From the IMG/VR virus record IMGVR_UViG_3300037047_000308, positions 1 through 41,887 of that record: a DNA stretch of 41,887 bases. One strand, written 5' to 3'. Shown here piece by piece: positions 15,016 through 24,471 of this stretch (positions within the stretch are counted from its first letter, which is position 1; each line of letters starts with the position of its first letter). The notes beneath the pieces were generated by a model that was not told where the DNA came from, did not search any database, and saw only the letters and a list, made by a program, of their open reading frames with translations. The stretch comes from a virus. Taxonomy: Duplodnaviria; Caudoviricetes. Both the position numbers and the translations under genes were made by a program.

Positions 15016-16992
15016 GTGCAGGCAGCCTTTGCCCATAATGCCTCCCAGGGTATCCAGGAGCCGATCATTCCTGACGAGCTCGCAAAATCCATCCTCGTTC
15101 CCCGCCCTGATTTTGAAGCGTGGCTTGCCCGCCACGACTGGACGTATCACCAGATAGCCAGGGGAGAGTTTCCGGCGCCCTACGCCACACTCAGCGACTT
15201 TCAGCTCGGCTGCCTGTGCTCCGATGCGTTTCTGTGGGCCACCGCCTTTCTCAGGGAGCCGGACGACCCCAACCACGACGAGCCGTATGACTTTTGGGAG
15301 TATCAGAAAGAATCCCTCTGTTATACCGGGTCCTGCGTTCACAAGGACGGCTCGGAGGTGGGCAAGACGCGGGAGATCATTCCCTGGGTCCTCCATAAGG
15401 CGTTTACCGTCATATCGGGTTCCGGCCTTATCGGGGCTCCCCTCCAGACCCACCTTGACGAGATTATCGAGTCCATGTACGACCAGCTCCTGTGGAATAA
15501 GGGCCTCGGGCTGTCGCTCCGCCGGTGGAAAAAGCACCCTCACCACGCATTCTACTTCACAAACGGTTTTAAGATCGATTTTCGCCCCTCCGGTCATGAC
15601 GGCATCTCCTACAGGGGCGTCCACGCCTCGGTCTTTGCCATCAAAGACGAGGCAGCGAAGGATAAGAACCCCAAGCAATGGTCCGAGTTCTGGCGCGCCA
15701 TGAAACCGGGGTGCGTCGCCCGCATTTACTCGGTGCCTGACGGCGACCGGTCATGCGAATTCTACTGGCTCGCCCAGCGGGCAGCAAGAAACAGCAGCTT
15801 CAACCGTTCAAACGCTTTGAACAGTTTAAACGGTTTGAACCGTCCCGAAGGGGCGGAAAAAGAGGAGGAATCCCTTGAATCCCTTCACGATGTACCAGCC
15901 CATATCAAGGCTCTTACGTTCAGACTTTTCCACTGGCCTAAGACCCTTATGCCGTATCCTTTCTGGTCCCCTGAACGAAAGCGGTTCTATGTCGAGCAAT
16001 ACGGTGGAGAAGATTCTCCTGGATACAAGCACAATGTCCTCGGCGAAGACGGCGATCCGGAATCTACTGTCTTCCCCTGGCACCAGTTCAGACTCTGCAT
16101 AAAGGATATTCCCGAATACCGGTGTCTCAAGCTTCTCGTCGACGGGGCCAACAACGAGGTCATTGTTAACGGGTACCGCTGCGAGTTCGCCTCTAACCTT
16201 GAACCTTCAACCTTGAACCTTGAACCTGTTCTTTCTGAGCCTATCCCCCGCGCCGTAACGCTCATTGACACCGTCTACCGGCAGTCAACATTCTTTGATC
16301 CTGATTCGGACGGCGAGTCTCCCTTCCGCGCCCTCATCAAGGGGTTTTTCAACCATGTTCCCGGCCTCAAACGGGGAGGCGGGGACTTCGGCTTCTCCGG
16401 CGACCCCACCGAGCTTGTCATTAAGCTCATTCACGGGAAGCGCGAGCGCATCGTGGCCCGCCTCCACCTCAAGCATGTGACCTACGACCAGCAGTGCCAG
16501 GCACTGGACGCCCTCGATGACCTCTACAACGGTTTTGGTTCTTCTCTCCCCTCTCCCATCTCCCCTCTCCCGTCTGATCTTACCTGGGGGACCGATTTCG
16601 GTAATGCAGGCAGCGCCGTGGCGCATGATCTTCAGGGACTTCCCCAGTACACCCATAAGCAGTACGACGACCGTCTCCGCGGCTTTCAATTCCAGTCGAC
16701 CACTGACAACGTGGACGAGACCGGCAGCGCAATAATCGACGCCAGGACCGGCAAGCCGGCCAAGATCACCCTCAAGGAGCTGGCCACCGACATCATGGTC
16801 AAAAAGATGCAGCGCCAGGAGCTTGAATATCCGCCGGATCCGGACTTTGCATTCTTCTACCCGAACCACACCGTCCGCCAGGGCGACCGGCAGCGGATCT
16901 ACAAAAAGGAAGACGACCACCTTATCGACGCCGACCGCGTGCAGATCCTCGCCCACATCCTGAGCCAGGCAATGGAGGATCTGTTTGCATAA
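15016..16992 (+). CDS. terL: Terminase large subunit (probable GTG start 15016)
   Basis: Q-motif WEYQ, Walker A DGSEVGKT, Walker B FAIKDEAA, nuclease acidic motifs GGDFG and DDHLIDADR; RBS GAGGA. Confidence 0.85.
   Translation: MQAAFAHNASQGIQEPIIPDELAKSILVPRPDFEAWLARHDWTYHQIARGEFPAPYATLSDFQLGCLCSDAFLWATAFLREPDDPNHDEPYDFWEYQKESLCYTGSCVHKDGSEVGKTREIIPWVLHKAFTVISGSGLIGAPLQTHLDEIIESMYDQLLWNKGLGLSLRRWKKHPHHAFYFTNGFKIDFRPSGHDGISYRGVHASVFAIKDEAAKDKNPKQWSEFWRAMKPGCVARIYSVPDGDRSCEFYWLAQRAARNSSFNRSNALNSLNGLNRPEGAEKEEESLESLHDVPAHIKALTFRLFHWPKTLMPYPFWSPERKRFYVEQYGGEDSPGYKHNVLGEDGDPESTVFPWHQFRLCIKDIPEYRCLKLLVDGANNEVIVNGYRCEFASNLEPSTLNLEPVLSEPIPRAVTLIDTVYRQSTFFDPDSDGESPFRALIKGFFNHVPGLKRGGGDFGFSGDPTELVIKLIHGKRERIVARLHLKHVTYDQQCQALDALDDLYNGFGSSLPSPISPLPSDLTWGTDFGNAGSAVAHDLQGLPQYTHKQYDDRLRGFQFQSTTDNVDETGSAIIDARTGKPAKITLKELATDIMVKKMQRQELEYPPDPDFAFFYPNHTVRQGDRQRIYKKEDDHLIDADRVQILAHILSQAMEDLFA
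15799..15843 (+). repeat. 9-bp tandem repeat (TTNAACNGT-type) x5, in frame in terL
   Basis: TTCAACCGT TCAAACGCT TTGAACAGT TTAAACGGT TTGAACCGT. Confidence 0.8.
16195..16229 (+). repeat. Heptamer tandem repeat AACCTTG x5, in frame in terL
   Basis: AACCTTG AACCTTC AACCTTG AACCTTG AACCTGT. Confidence 0.85.
16545..16572 (+). repeat. Heptamer tandem repeat TCTCCCN x4, in frame in terL
   Basis: TCTCCCC TCTCCCA TCTCCCC TCTCCCG. Confidence 0.85.
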
Positions 16993-17010
16993 AAATTTCC
17001 GGAGGCCCTT

Positions 17011-19152
17011 ATGAACCTTTTCAGTCTTAATTTTCGCTGGCCGCTGACCCGCACGGCAAAGATATATCCGCCCACAAAACCTGAAGGCGGCGTCCAGCTC
17101 CGCTCCGTCGACGGCCAAGGGCCCTACACGAAATATTTTGCGAATTATATCCCCCGTAAGATTGACGGGCAGTTTTACGAGTTTCTCCGCGAGGCGATTC
17201 CCATAATGGACGCCGCCGTCAACCGCCTTGTCTCCCTTGACGGCCACCTCGAGGTGACAGGGGAAAACGAGGCTCTTGTAGAGGAGATCCAGGAATGGTT
17301 TTACAATGTGCCCGTCAACGATCTTCAGCGCGGCCTCCAGGCATTTCACCAGAACCTCACCGCCGAGGCATTCGAGCAGGGCTTTGCCCTCGGAGAATTT
17401 GTCACCGACCGGAAGCGCACGGACATCGTGCAGCTCCGCGTGGGAGACTCCAAATACATCAAATTCGCCCGCAACGCCTCGGGTTCTGAGGGGCAGTCAG
17501 GGCTCACCATCTATCAGAAGGGCGACAATGATCTTGAATGGCGTCCGCTGAATGCGCAGAACCTGATCTATTTTTCCATCAACAACGAGAACCAGAACCC
17601 CCACGGAACACCCCTTTTCCGCTCCTGCGAATTTGTGGCGAAGGTTCTCGCCACCATGCACAACAGTATTCTCAATGTGTGGGAGCGGTTCGGCGACCCC
17701 TCCTTTTCCATTATCTACAAGACGTCGCGCAAAGACGGCGACGACCTTACCGCCCGCAGGAACACCATCGCCGCCGAATTTGATGAGGCTATACGGGCGA
17801 AACGCGAAGGTAAATCCGCGGACTTCATCCGGGCCATCGACACAAATTCCGCGATAGACATCGCCGTTATCGGGGCGGATGGCCAGGTTCTGGAACTGGA
17901 GATTCCCGCCCGTCACATACTGGAGCAAATTGTCGGCAAATCAGGCCTACCGGCCTGGATGCTCGGCATCCAGTGGTCTACAACGCAGGGTCTCTCCGAC
18001 AATGAGGCCGAGATCCTCCTCGCCGACGTGGCCACCCGTCAGGCTGCCAAAATGCCATATTTTTATAATCTCATTCGCACGCTCCTGCTGCTCCGGGGCC
18101 GCACCTGGAAAAAAGGTGACTGGCGTCTCGAATGGGCACAGGTCAACCTCAAGGATGTTGTCAAACAGGCCCAGGCGAGGTTTCTTGATGCCCAGGCACA
18201 GCAGATGTCCTCCAACGCATCCTCCGGGATCCCGACGAAAGTCACCGGCGGAGGGCAAGGGAAAAGGGCCGCCGGACGATGGACGAGGGACGAGGGACGA
18301 AAAAGCGCGTACACCGGAGGAGTTGTCATTCCGGGCTTGACCCGGAATCCAGGGTTCGAAGGCGTTCACGGCATCAAAGAAGAGACACGTCCCGTCCCAT
18401 GGCCGGAACTCGACCGCATAGAAACCGCCTACGAAGACCGCCTCAAAACCAACTGGGCTTCCGTCCGGGACAAGGTTCTTATGGTTTTGAAACTCACCGA
18501 AGCCGGCAAACTGGCAAGCGTGCAGGGTGACGCTAAAGTCGATATTCCAACGGGCATCGAACCCTTTTCCTTCACCGACGAACAGATAGCGGCGATCATG
18601 AAGGCCATGCGTGATTTCACCGGCACATACAGGCCCGATGACCCCGACTCACCCGTCCGCTGGTACTACGGGCAGTCCTATTCCGCAGGACTGATTCAGG
18701 CAGCGAAGCTCATCGGGAAAGAACGTCCCATCCTGGATATCATCAAAAACGCGGAGATCTATGACGAGCTGTGCGACACCGGCTTCCAGCTGCTCAAGGA
18801 CGACGCCACGAGGTTGATTGTCCATCAGATCATTCCGGAGATGGAGGCGCAGATGCTGGCCGGCACGAACCCCCGTCATGTGGCAGCTAGATTAGACACT
18901 ATCTTTGGCGCCCAGAACAGCGACTGGGAGCGCCTGGCCCGCACTGAAATGACCATGGCAGCGGAATCGGCCAAGCTGGACGAATGGAAGGATTGGAAGG
19001 TCAGGCGCGTCGAATTTTTTCCCGCCCCCGACGGATGTACGATCTGCATCGCCCTGGCCGGAGAATATCCGATCGACACATGTCCGGTGCCAGGCCGCGA
19101 CACCCATCCCCGCTGCCGCTGCTCCATCCGCCCGGCGGCAAGCGAGACGTGA
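17011..19152 (+). CDS. Portal protein fused to a Mu gpF/SPP1 gp7-like head morphogenesis domain
   Basis: Follows terL; portal-like NPHGTPLF and GLPAWMLG; C-terminal RLARTEMT..DGCTIC..P..HPRCRCSI. Confidence 0.8.
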   Translation: MNLFSLNFRWPLTRTAKIYPPTKPEGGVQLRSVDGQGPYTKYFANYIPRKIDGQFYEFLREAIPIMDAAVNRLVSLDGHLEVTGENEALVEEIQEWFYNVPVNDLQRGLQAFHQNLTAEAFEQGFALGEFVTDRKRTDIVQLRVGDSKYIKFARNASGSEGQSGLTIYQKGDNDLEWRPLNAQNLIYFSINNENQNPHGTPLFRSCEFVAKVLATMHNSILNVWERFGDPSFSIIYKTSRKDGDDLTARRNTIAAEFDEAIRAKREGKSADFIRAIDTNSAIDIAVIGADGQVLELEIPARHILEQIVGKSGLPAWMLGIQWSTTQGLSDNEAEILLADVATRQAAKMPYFYNLIRTLLLLRGRTWKKGDWRLEWAQVNLKDVVKQAQARFLDAQAQQMSSNASSGIPTKVTGGGQGKRAAGRWTRDEGRKSAYTGGVVIPGLTRNPGFEGVHGIKEETRPVPWPELDRIETAYEDRLKTNWASVRDKVLMVLKLTEAGKLASVQGDAKVDIPTGIEPFSFTDEQIAAIMKAMRDFTGTYRPDDPDSPVRWYYGQSYSAGLIQAAKLIGKERPILDIIKNAEIYDELCDTGFQLLKDDATRLIVHQIIPEMEAQMLAGTNPRHVAARLDTIFGAQNSDWERLARTEMTMAAESAKLDEWKDWKVRRVEFFPAPDGCTICIALAGEYPIDTCPVPGRDTHPRCRCSIRPAASET
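18274..18301 (+). repeat. Heptamer tandem repeat GGACGAN x4, in frame
   Basis: GGACGAT GGACGAG GGACGAG GGACGAA. Confidence 0.85.
18325..18351. repeat. REP/RPE-like palindrome inside the portal gene
   Basis: GTCATTCCGGG-CTTGA-CCCGGAATCCA, same family as 7381-7406. Confidence 0.8.
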
Positions 19153-19159
19153 AAAATAA

Positions 19160-19190
19160 TGAAGCGATCTGCCAGACCACTTCACAATTT
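19160..19190. promoter_or_regulatory. Second copy of the palindromic site, upstream of the protease/capsid genes
   Basis: TGAAGCGATCTGCCAGACCACTTCACAATTT versus TGAAGCCATCTGCCAGATCGCTTCACAATTT at 14085-14115. Confidence 0.65.
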
Positions 19191-19242
19191 AGTGATAAGA
19201 CAACGGTTAAAACCGTTGAAAACACCGTAAACGGAGGACCTG

Positions 19243-19476
19243 ATGGGACCAAAGAATAAAGCCAAAGACGATGACATTACCAAAAAGAAGGCAGACAAAG
19301 AAAAGGAATTTGCTGGCAAAGACATGACCGTCGAAGGAACGAAAGAGGCGACAGAAGCTGAGAAAGAAGAGGCTAACTCCGAATCTAAAACTCCGAACTC
19401 CGAACTTACCCCCGACAAGCCTCTGACCATCGGCGATCTGCTCCCGGGTCTCCGCGCAAAAGGCATGAGGATATGA
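19243..19476 (+). CDS. Small charged hypothetical protein containing a CTCCGAA heptamer tract (19377-19404)
   Basis: RBS GGAGGA; K/E-rich. Confidence 0.6.
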   Translation: MGPKNKAKDDDITKKKADKEKEFAGKDMTVEGTKEATEAEKEEANSESKTPNSELTPDKPLTIGDLLPGLRAKGMRI

Positions 19477-19488
19477 AATGAGGCTCCC

Positions 19489-20634
19489 ATGAAAACCAAC
19501 AAACCCGGCACTAAGATTTTCAGGTTCGGCGGCATAAAGGCCGCCCTCGCTTCCCCTACCGATGAACAGCTCTCCGCAATCAACACGTTTACCCGGCGTC
19601 CGTTCACCGCTGAGGAGCTGCTTGTCGGCCAGGTCCGCCTGTGCAACAATGCCATCGACCGTGATCAGGAGCGCTACAGCGAAGAGTGTATAGACTGGTT
19701 TGTCAAGACCATCGTCCGGAAGACGTTTCTCTTAAATCATGACAAGCACGACATGAGCAGGTCTGCCATCGGCAAGTTTTTTGCCGCAGACATCGAGAAG
19801 ATTTCCCTTGACCAGAGCCGCATGGAAATAGACGAGAATCTCACCCTTCCTGAAGGCAAGTCGGAGGTATGGTTTCTCTGCCCATGGTTTTATGTCGCAA
19901 AAGACGCCGTCTCGCCCCAGGATCTCGTAAAGATCGAGGCAGGCATCTATGATTTTGCCTCTATCGGCTATCGGTGTCAGCAGCTTGTGCCCGTCTATGC
20001 CGCCGCCGGTGCGGCAGAAGTCCTCTACTGGGAATACAGGGGCAAATCAGAGGCCACCGAAGGGTCCCTTGTTTATCTTGGCGCCCAGTACGGCGCAGGC
20101 ATGAAAGACTTTGAGGATCAGCCCCCGAAACCCGGGGATACTACTGAAAAAAATACCCAAGGAGGGGAAAACACTATGAAAAATCTTGCTATGAAACTTA
20201 TGAAGGCATTCGGAAAGGTCTTTTCCGAGGACGAAGAGAAGATCTTCGACGAGATAAAGGCCGTGGTCGACGAGAAAGATACCCGTATCGCCGCGCTCAC
20301 CCAGGATACGACTGCCAAGGATGCAAAGATTACAGAGCTTACCCCCCTGGCAGCCGACGGCAAGGCGTACCGTGAGGAACTCGTCACACAGTATGTGACC
20401 CATAAGGCCAAGCTCGGCGAGGTGGGTGAAATTCCTGAGGCCCAGAAGTCGGTCAAAGACGTGGCAGCCGCCTACCCGGTTGATTTCTTGCGGTCAGAAG
20501 TCAAACTACTTGAGGCCCGCGTGTTCGAGAAGTTTCCTGACACAGGCAAACTCAAGGGCGATAATCGTACGGATAAAACAAGGGACGGAAAAGACGGGCA
20601 GGAGAAAGTGAACCCGCTCGTACCGAAAGACTAA
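19489..20634 (+). CDS. Prohead protease/scaffold-like protein
   Basis: IDRDQE, FLLNHD, IGK, GIYDFASIGY, EGSLV..GA pattern then coiled-coil C-terminus; internal RBS GGAGG + ATG near 20176 suggests a nested scaffold start. Confidence 0.7.
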   Translation: MKTNKPGTKIFRFGGIKAALASPTDEQLSAINTFTRRPFTAEELLVGQVRLCNNAIDRDQERYSEECIDWFVKTIVRKTFLLNHDKHDMSRSAIGKFFAADIEKISLDQSRMEIDENLTLPEGKSEVWFLCPWFYVAKDAVSPQDLVKIEAGIYDFASIGYRCQQLVPVYAAAGAAEVLYWEYRGKSEATEGSLVYLGAQYGAGMKDFEDQPPKPGDTTEKNTQGGENTMKNLAMKLMKAFGKVFSEDEEKIFDEIKAVVDEKDTRIAALTQDTTAKDAKITELTPLAADGKAYREELVTQYVTHKAKLGEVGEIPEAQKSVKDVAAAYPVDFLRSEVKLLEARVFEKFPDTGKLKGDNRTDKTRDGKDGQEKVNPLVPKD

Positions 20635-20674
20635 CCGTTTAAACTGTTTGAACGGTTCAAACGGTTTGAACTCT
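20630..20674 (+). repeat. 9-bp tandem repeat (TTNAACNGT-type) x5, intergenic
   Basis: ACTAACCGT TTAAACTGT TTGAACGGT TCAAACGGT TTGAACTCT. Confidence 0.8.
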
Positions 20675-20696
20675 TAGCGAATAAAAGGAGGACACC

Positions 20697-21662
20697 ATGG
20701 CTTTAGCATCCGGATATGACAGCATCAGGAATTCAAGGACACTGCTCCTCGCCCACACCTCCGCCGTTGTGGCGGGCGAGATTATTGTGTCGAACGGCAA
20801 TGTTCTTATTGCCATCGGCGCAGCCGATGCAAATGTGGAGAACGCGTATATCTATCTCGGCAAGGCTATCGTTCCCAAGGTCACCGGCACGGCATTCGCC
20901 CCCGGCGACAAATGCTACTGGGATTCCGCAGCCGGTAATATAACAAAGGTGACTACAGGAGGCAATACCCTGGCCGGCATCTGTGTTGAGCCGGCATTGA
21001 GCGCCGATACAGTGATCGTTATGATGATTCTGCCGAACGCCCTTGTGGCGCCGGCTGCCTCGGTAGTGACGATCAGCGACGCCGGCCTGTTCACCGCCAA
21101 CACGAACGTTGAGACTGCCCTCCAGGAGATATTCCAGAGTCTCAAATCGGTCCAGGGTTTTATCCCCATTCCGCTTACCGCGTTCAGGGAACTTGCCGCG
21201 GGCGTCTTTATCAACGGCGCCGGCAATGGCGGCATTTTAGCCACAGATACAACCCCGATCCTCACCAACATCGCCGACGGTGACGGCATGCGCATCACCT
21301 GGGCTGCCGGCAACACGGACCAGATAGAAGCGCAGGTTATCCTTCCCCCTGACATTGATCTGACGGCCGATCTTGTGGTCCATTTCCTCACCTCAAAGAA
21401 CGCTGACGCGAACACGGTTCACATGGACGGCGAGGCATATTTTGGCGAGAGCGACACGGACTGTTTCCCCTCTGCTGCCGCCGCGAACCTCATTACGCAA
21501 GCCAAGGCAGAGCTTACGGCGACGATCCTCGCTGCTGATTTGCCGGCAGCCCAGGTCAACTATAACATGACTCTGGTCGTGATGCCCGAGGCCCACGCAG
21601 GCGATGCCGTTTATCTGCACGCGGCCTGGCTCGAATACAAGCGAAAGCTGCTTACCACCTAA
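20697..21662 (+). CDS. DUF2190-like capsid decoration/cement protein with C-terminal extension
   Basis: VVAGEII..G..IA..G...VPK..G.AF.PGDKCYWD..IT....NTLAG pattern; RBS AGGAGG. Confidence 0.65.
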   Translation: MALASGYDSIRNSRTLLLAHTSAVVAGEIIVSNGNVLIAIGAADANVENAYIYLGKAIVPKVTGTAFAPGDKCYWDSAAGNITKVTTGGNTLAGICVEPALSADTVIVMMILPNALVAPAASVVTISDAGLFTANTNVETALQEIFQSLKSVQGFIPIPLTAFRELAAGVFINGAGNGGILATDTTPILTNIADGDGMRITWAAGNTDQIEAQVILPPDIDLTADLVVHFLTSKNADANTVHMDGEAYFGESDTDCFPSAAAANLITQAKAELTATILAADLPAAQVNYNMTLVVMPEAHAGDAVYLHAAWLEYKRKLLTT

Positions 21663-21730
21663 TTGAGAAAGGTACGGGATGCAAGGGGTGGGTGTGTCCC
21701 CTGCATCCCCACCAAAAAAGGAGGATCACC

Positions 21731-22696
21731 ATGAAATTATTGTACGGACACAAAGTTTTCGAGTGGAAGAACATCGAGCAGATCCCGCCGGGTGAGCGCA
21801 AGGCAGTCATTGTCGATGCGGCACAGAAGGCGCTCAACAAAATAGCTACCGCACCTCTCGGCATTCAGGGAGGCAAGATGGTAGGCACGGATGCGAACCT
21901 CGTAGCCGTTGCGCCCATCGTCCTCGTCATGAGCGACAGCATCAAAGCTCCGGACAGGGGGTATGAAGTCCTTTTTGATGAGGTGGACATGCGGGCCAGT
22001 CAGAGCGACTCCTTCGAGGTCCTCGATGTCACCGGAGGTGTTACGTTCTACCAGCAGAAGCCCGGCCAGGAGGCCAAACTCTCCAAGCTCCCCACCACGG
22101 CAAAGACCTCCGTTGGGTACCTCCGCTTCATCGGCGGTTTCCCCATCCTGGACGACTGGATCAGATTTAACAAGTATTATCTGATTGATCAGCTCTTTGC
22201 CGACACGGTCAGGCGCTGGTACGACCAGAAGGCAACCCTCGTTTACGGGCTTATGGCCGCCCTCTCGTCCGCGATCAACGAGTCGTATTCGACCGACGAC
22301 ATAACCACGATCAACAATGCCTGTGCCAATATCCTTATTAACCTGCAGGCAGCCGGCTACGCGGTGGACGAGAACTCCCAGTTTGTGATTACGTGCAACC
22401 CGTCGCTGAAGGCGCGGATCTTCAAGGCCATAGCGGCGAGCTTCGTAAACCCGAACAGCAATAACAACCAGATCGTCTATAACATCTCCACGGTCGTCAG
22501 CACCACGAAGCTTGTCAACACGACCTACTATGTGTCCCTCGCCGGAGGAAAGAACCAGCGCGGCGAGTGGGAGGATCTGAACCTCCGTCCGCCCCAGAGG
22601 AACGAGCTTGTCCTCGGCGCTGACCATATCTGGACCGGAGCCTACAACGCCATTATCGGCGAGGCGAAGCAGCACAGGAGATGCGCACTGTCGTAA
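21731..22696 (+). CDS. Probable major capsid protein (start ATG 21731)
   Basis: Position after protease/decoration genes, ~320 aa, strong RBS AGGAGG, flanked by hairpins; no diagnostic motif recognised. Confidence 0.6.
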   Translation: MKLLYGHKVFEWKNIEQIPPGERKAVIVDAAQKALNKIATAPLGIQGGKMVGTDANLVAVAPIVLVMSDSIKAPDRGYEVLFDEVDMRASQSDSFEVLDVTGGVTFYQQKPGQEAKLSKLPTTAKTSVGYLRFIGGFPILDDWIRFNKYYLIDQLFADTVRRWYDQKATLVYGLMAALSSAINESYSTDDITTINNACANILINLQAAGYAVDENSQFVITCNPSLKARIFKAIAASFVNPNSNNNQIVYNISTVVSTTKLVNTTYYVSLAGGKNQRGEWEDLNLRPPQRNELVLGADHIWTGAYNAIIGEAKQHRRCALS

Positions 22697-22702
22697 GATA
22701 AG

Positions 22703-22731
22703 CGGTGGTCAGGGGGTTCCCTTGGCCACCG
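22703..22731 (+). terminator. GC-rich hairpin after the capsid gene (terminator or mRNA stabiliser)
   Basis: CGGTGGTCAGGGG/CCCTTGGCCACCG stem, no U tract. Confidence 0.4.
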
Positions 22732-22752
22732 GAATCCTCGGACGAGGTTGAC

Positions 22753-23178
22753 ATGGCTAAGGTTACCGCAACGGAAATCAAGGCCCTCGGATTCACATAT
22801 CAACAGTTTCAGCAAGCCTCCGAGGATGCCTTCACCACCTACATAAATTCTATTATCGCCGACGAAGCGGAGCGCCTCGAGGCGGACCTCGGCTCCGACC
22901 TGTACGATTCCACGGATGACGCCACCGCTTCCAGGATAAAACGCATCGAGAAGTATCGCGTCGCCGCGGAGATGCTTTCCCGCCGTATCAATATCCGGCT
23001 CGCCAATATAAGCGGCTCCGGGGAGGGGTTTGATCTTTCCGAGGAGCGCCGGCAGCTCGAGCGGTATCTCAAGGATTCCGACGCCCTTTTTGTTACGGTA
23101 GGAGCATCCATCGACTACGCAGGTGGCGTGCTGGAAACTTCCCACTTTGAGGAAGACGAATTGGAGGGAGCGATCTGA
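22753..23178 (+). CDS. Putative head-tail connector
   Basis: Position after capsid, RBS GAGG, helical ~140 aa. Confidence 0.5.
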   Translation: MAKVTATEIKALGFTYQQFQQASEDAFTTYINSIIADEAERLEADLGSDLYDSTDDATASRIKRIEKYRVAAEMLSRRINIRLANISGSGEGFDLSEERRQLERYLKDSDALFVTVGASIDYAGGVLETSHFEEDELEGAI

Positions 23179-23179
23179 C

Positions 23180-23701
23180 ATGCTGAACGTAAGGATCGAA
23201 GGCGACAAGGCATTAATCCAGGGCCTCAACAGGCTCGCGGCCGATGGCTTGCCGAGAGCTTCCGAGCGCGGCCTTGTCAGGATCGCCGAAGGTATATACG
23301 GGGAGGTATTATACTGGCTCTCCGGCGTGGGCGGTGCATCAAAAAAGACCAGAACTGATTACGCGGGCTTTACAAATAAATCCGGCAAAGAAGTTATGTT
23401 CCGGAGTTATCAGGGATCCGGTGAGTATCCAGTCCCGAAGCGAACGGGATATCTGAGCCAGCAGCTTGACTGGCTAAAACCGGGCGAGAGCAAATCAGGC
23501 GATGTGGGCATCTTTACCGCAGGTAAAAACGAAGCCGTGATTTATAACCCGTCCCTGTATGCCAACGCAATCCATGAGGGAAAAGGATCTTCTGCCAAAT
23601 TCGGCCCCCGCCGTTTTATGACCGACGGGCTTGAACGTTTTAATGCGGGAGACGCCATGAAGCGCATCATGGAAGAGGAAATCGCGAAGGAGATCAAGTG
23701 A
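23180..23701 (+). CDS. HK97 gp10/Mu gpG-like tail completion protein
   Basis: VRIEG..L, VPKRTGYL, YANAIHEG, PRRFM motifs. Confidence 0.65.
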   Translation: MLNVRIEGDKALIQGLNRLAADGLPRASERGLVRIAEGIYGEVLYWLSGVGGASKKTRTDYAGFTNKSGKEVMFRSYQGSGEYPVPKRTGYLSQQLDWLKPGESKSGDVGIFTAGKNEAVIYNPSLYANAIHEGKGSSAKFGPRRFMTDGLERFNAGDAMKRIMEEEIAKEIK

Positions 23702-24027
23702 GCATAGTACAACGCACTGAAAACGGCAAAATCAAATTCGATTGGGGCGCAGTTATTACAATGATAGCGTGTGCCCTTCTTGGTGGTTTACTTTCCGCGC
23801 CAGGTGTTTACTATGGGATTAAATACGACCAACAGCAAGACCGCTACCGTATAGAGCAAACAGAGAAAAAGGTTAGCCTCCTTGAAATAGCGGTGAAAAC
23901 CATAGAACTAAAAGATGCTGCTGATAGTCGTGATTTTAGCCATGCTTGCGAAACACTGAACGAGATTAAGAGGGCTGTGGACGACATCAGAAAAGACCAG
24001 CAAAGATTGCAGAAGAAGGAAAGATAG
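23698..24027 (+). CDS. Membrane protein with coiled coil, holin/lysis-associated candidate
   Basis: One hydrophobic segment then coiled coil; directly upstream of amidase. Confidence 0.5.
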   Translation: MSIVQRTENGKIKFDWGAVITMIACALLGGLLSAPGVYYGIKYDQQQDRYRIEQTEKKVSLLEIAVKTIELKDAADSRDFSHACETLNEIKRAVDDIRKDQQRLQKKER

Positions 24028-24471
24028 ATGATACCGACAAAGATCATACTTCACCATAGCGCAACCAGGGATTCAGGCACCGTATCTTGGAACGCTATCA
24101 GGAGATACCACATCAATGAGTGCAAGTGGGGGGCCATTGGATACCATTTTGGCACTGAATTCATCGAGGACAAAGGAGATCCCAAAGGCAGTTATGAAAT
24201 CCTCATGGGTAGGTTTCCAAATATGACGGGAGCACATACCACAGGGCTTAACCATACATCATTGGGCGTCTGTTTTGTTGGCAACTTTGATAAAGCACCA
24301 GTACCGGAAGAACAATGGAGACAGGGTGTAAAGCTCGTTAAATGGCTTTGTGAACACTTCGGTATATTGATAAGCGAGATATGGGGACACCGTGACTTTG
24401 CAAATAAGACGTGTCCCGGCAATCTATTCAATATTGAGAAATTCAAGGAGGATGTGGCGAGCCATGAATGA
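24028..24471 (+). CDS. N-acetylmuramoyl-L-alanine amidase (Amidase_2) endolysin
   Basis: IILHHSAT, IGYHF, GAHT, SLGVCFVGNF, GHRDF, TCPG. Confidence 0.92.
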   Translation: MIPTKIILHHSATRDSGTVSWNAIRRYHINECKWGAIGYHFGTEFIEDKGDPKGSYEILMGRFPNMTGAHTTGLNHTSLGVCFVGNFDKAPVPEEQWRQGVKLVKWLCEHFGILISEIWGHRDFANKTCPGNLFNIEKFKEDVASHE

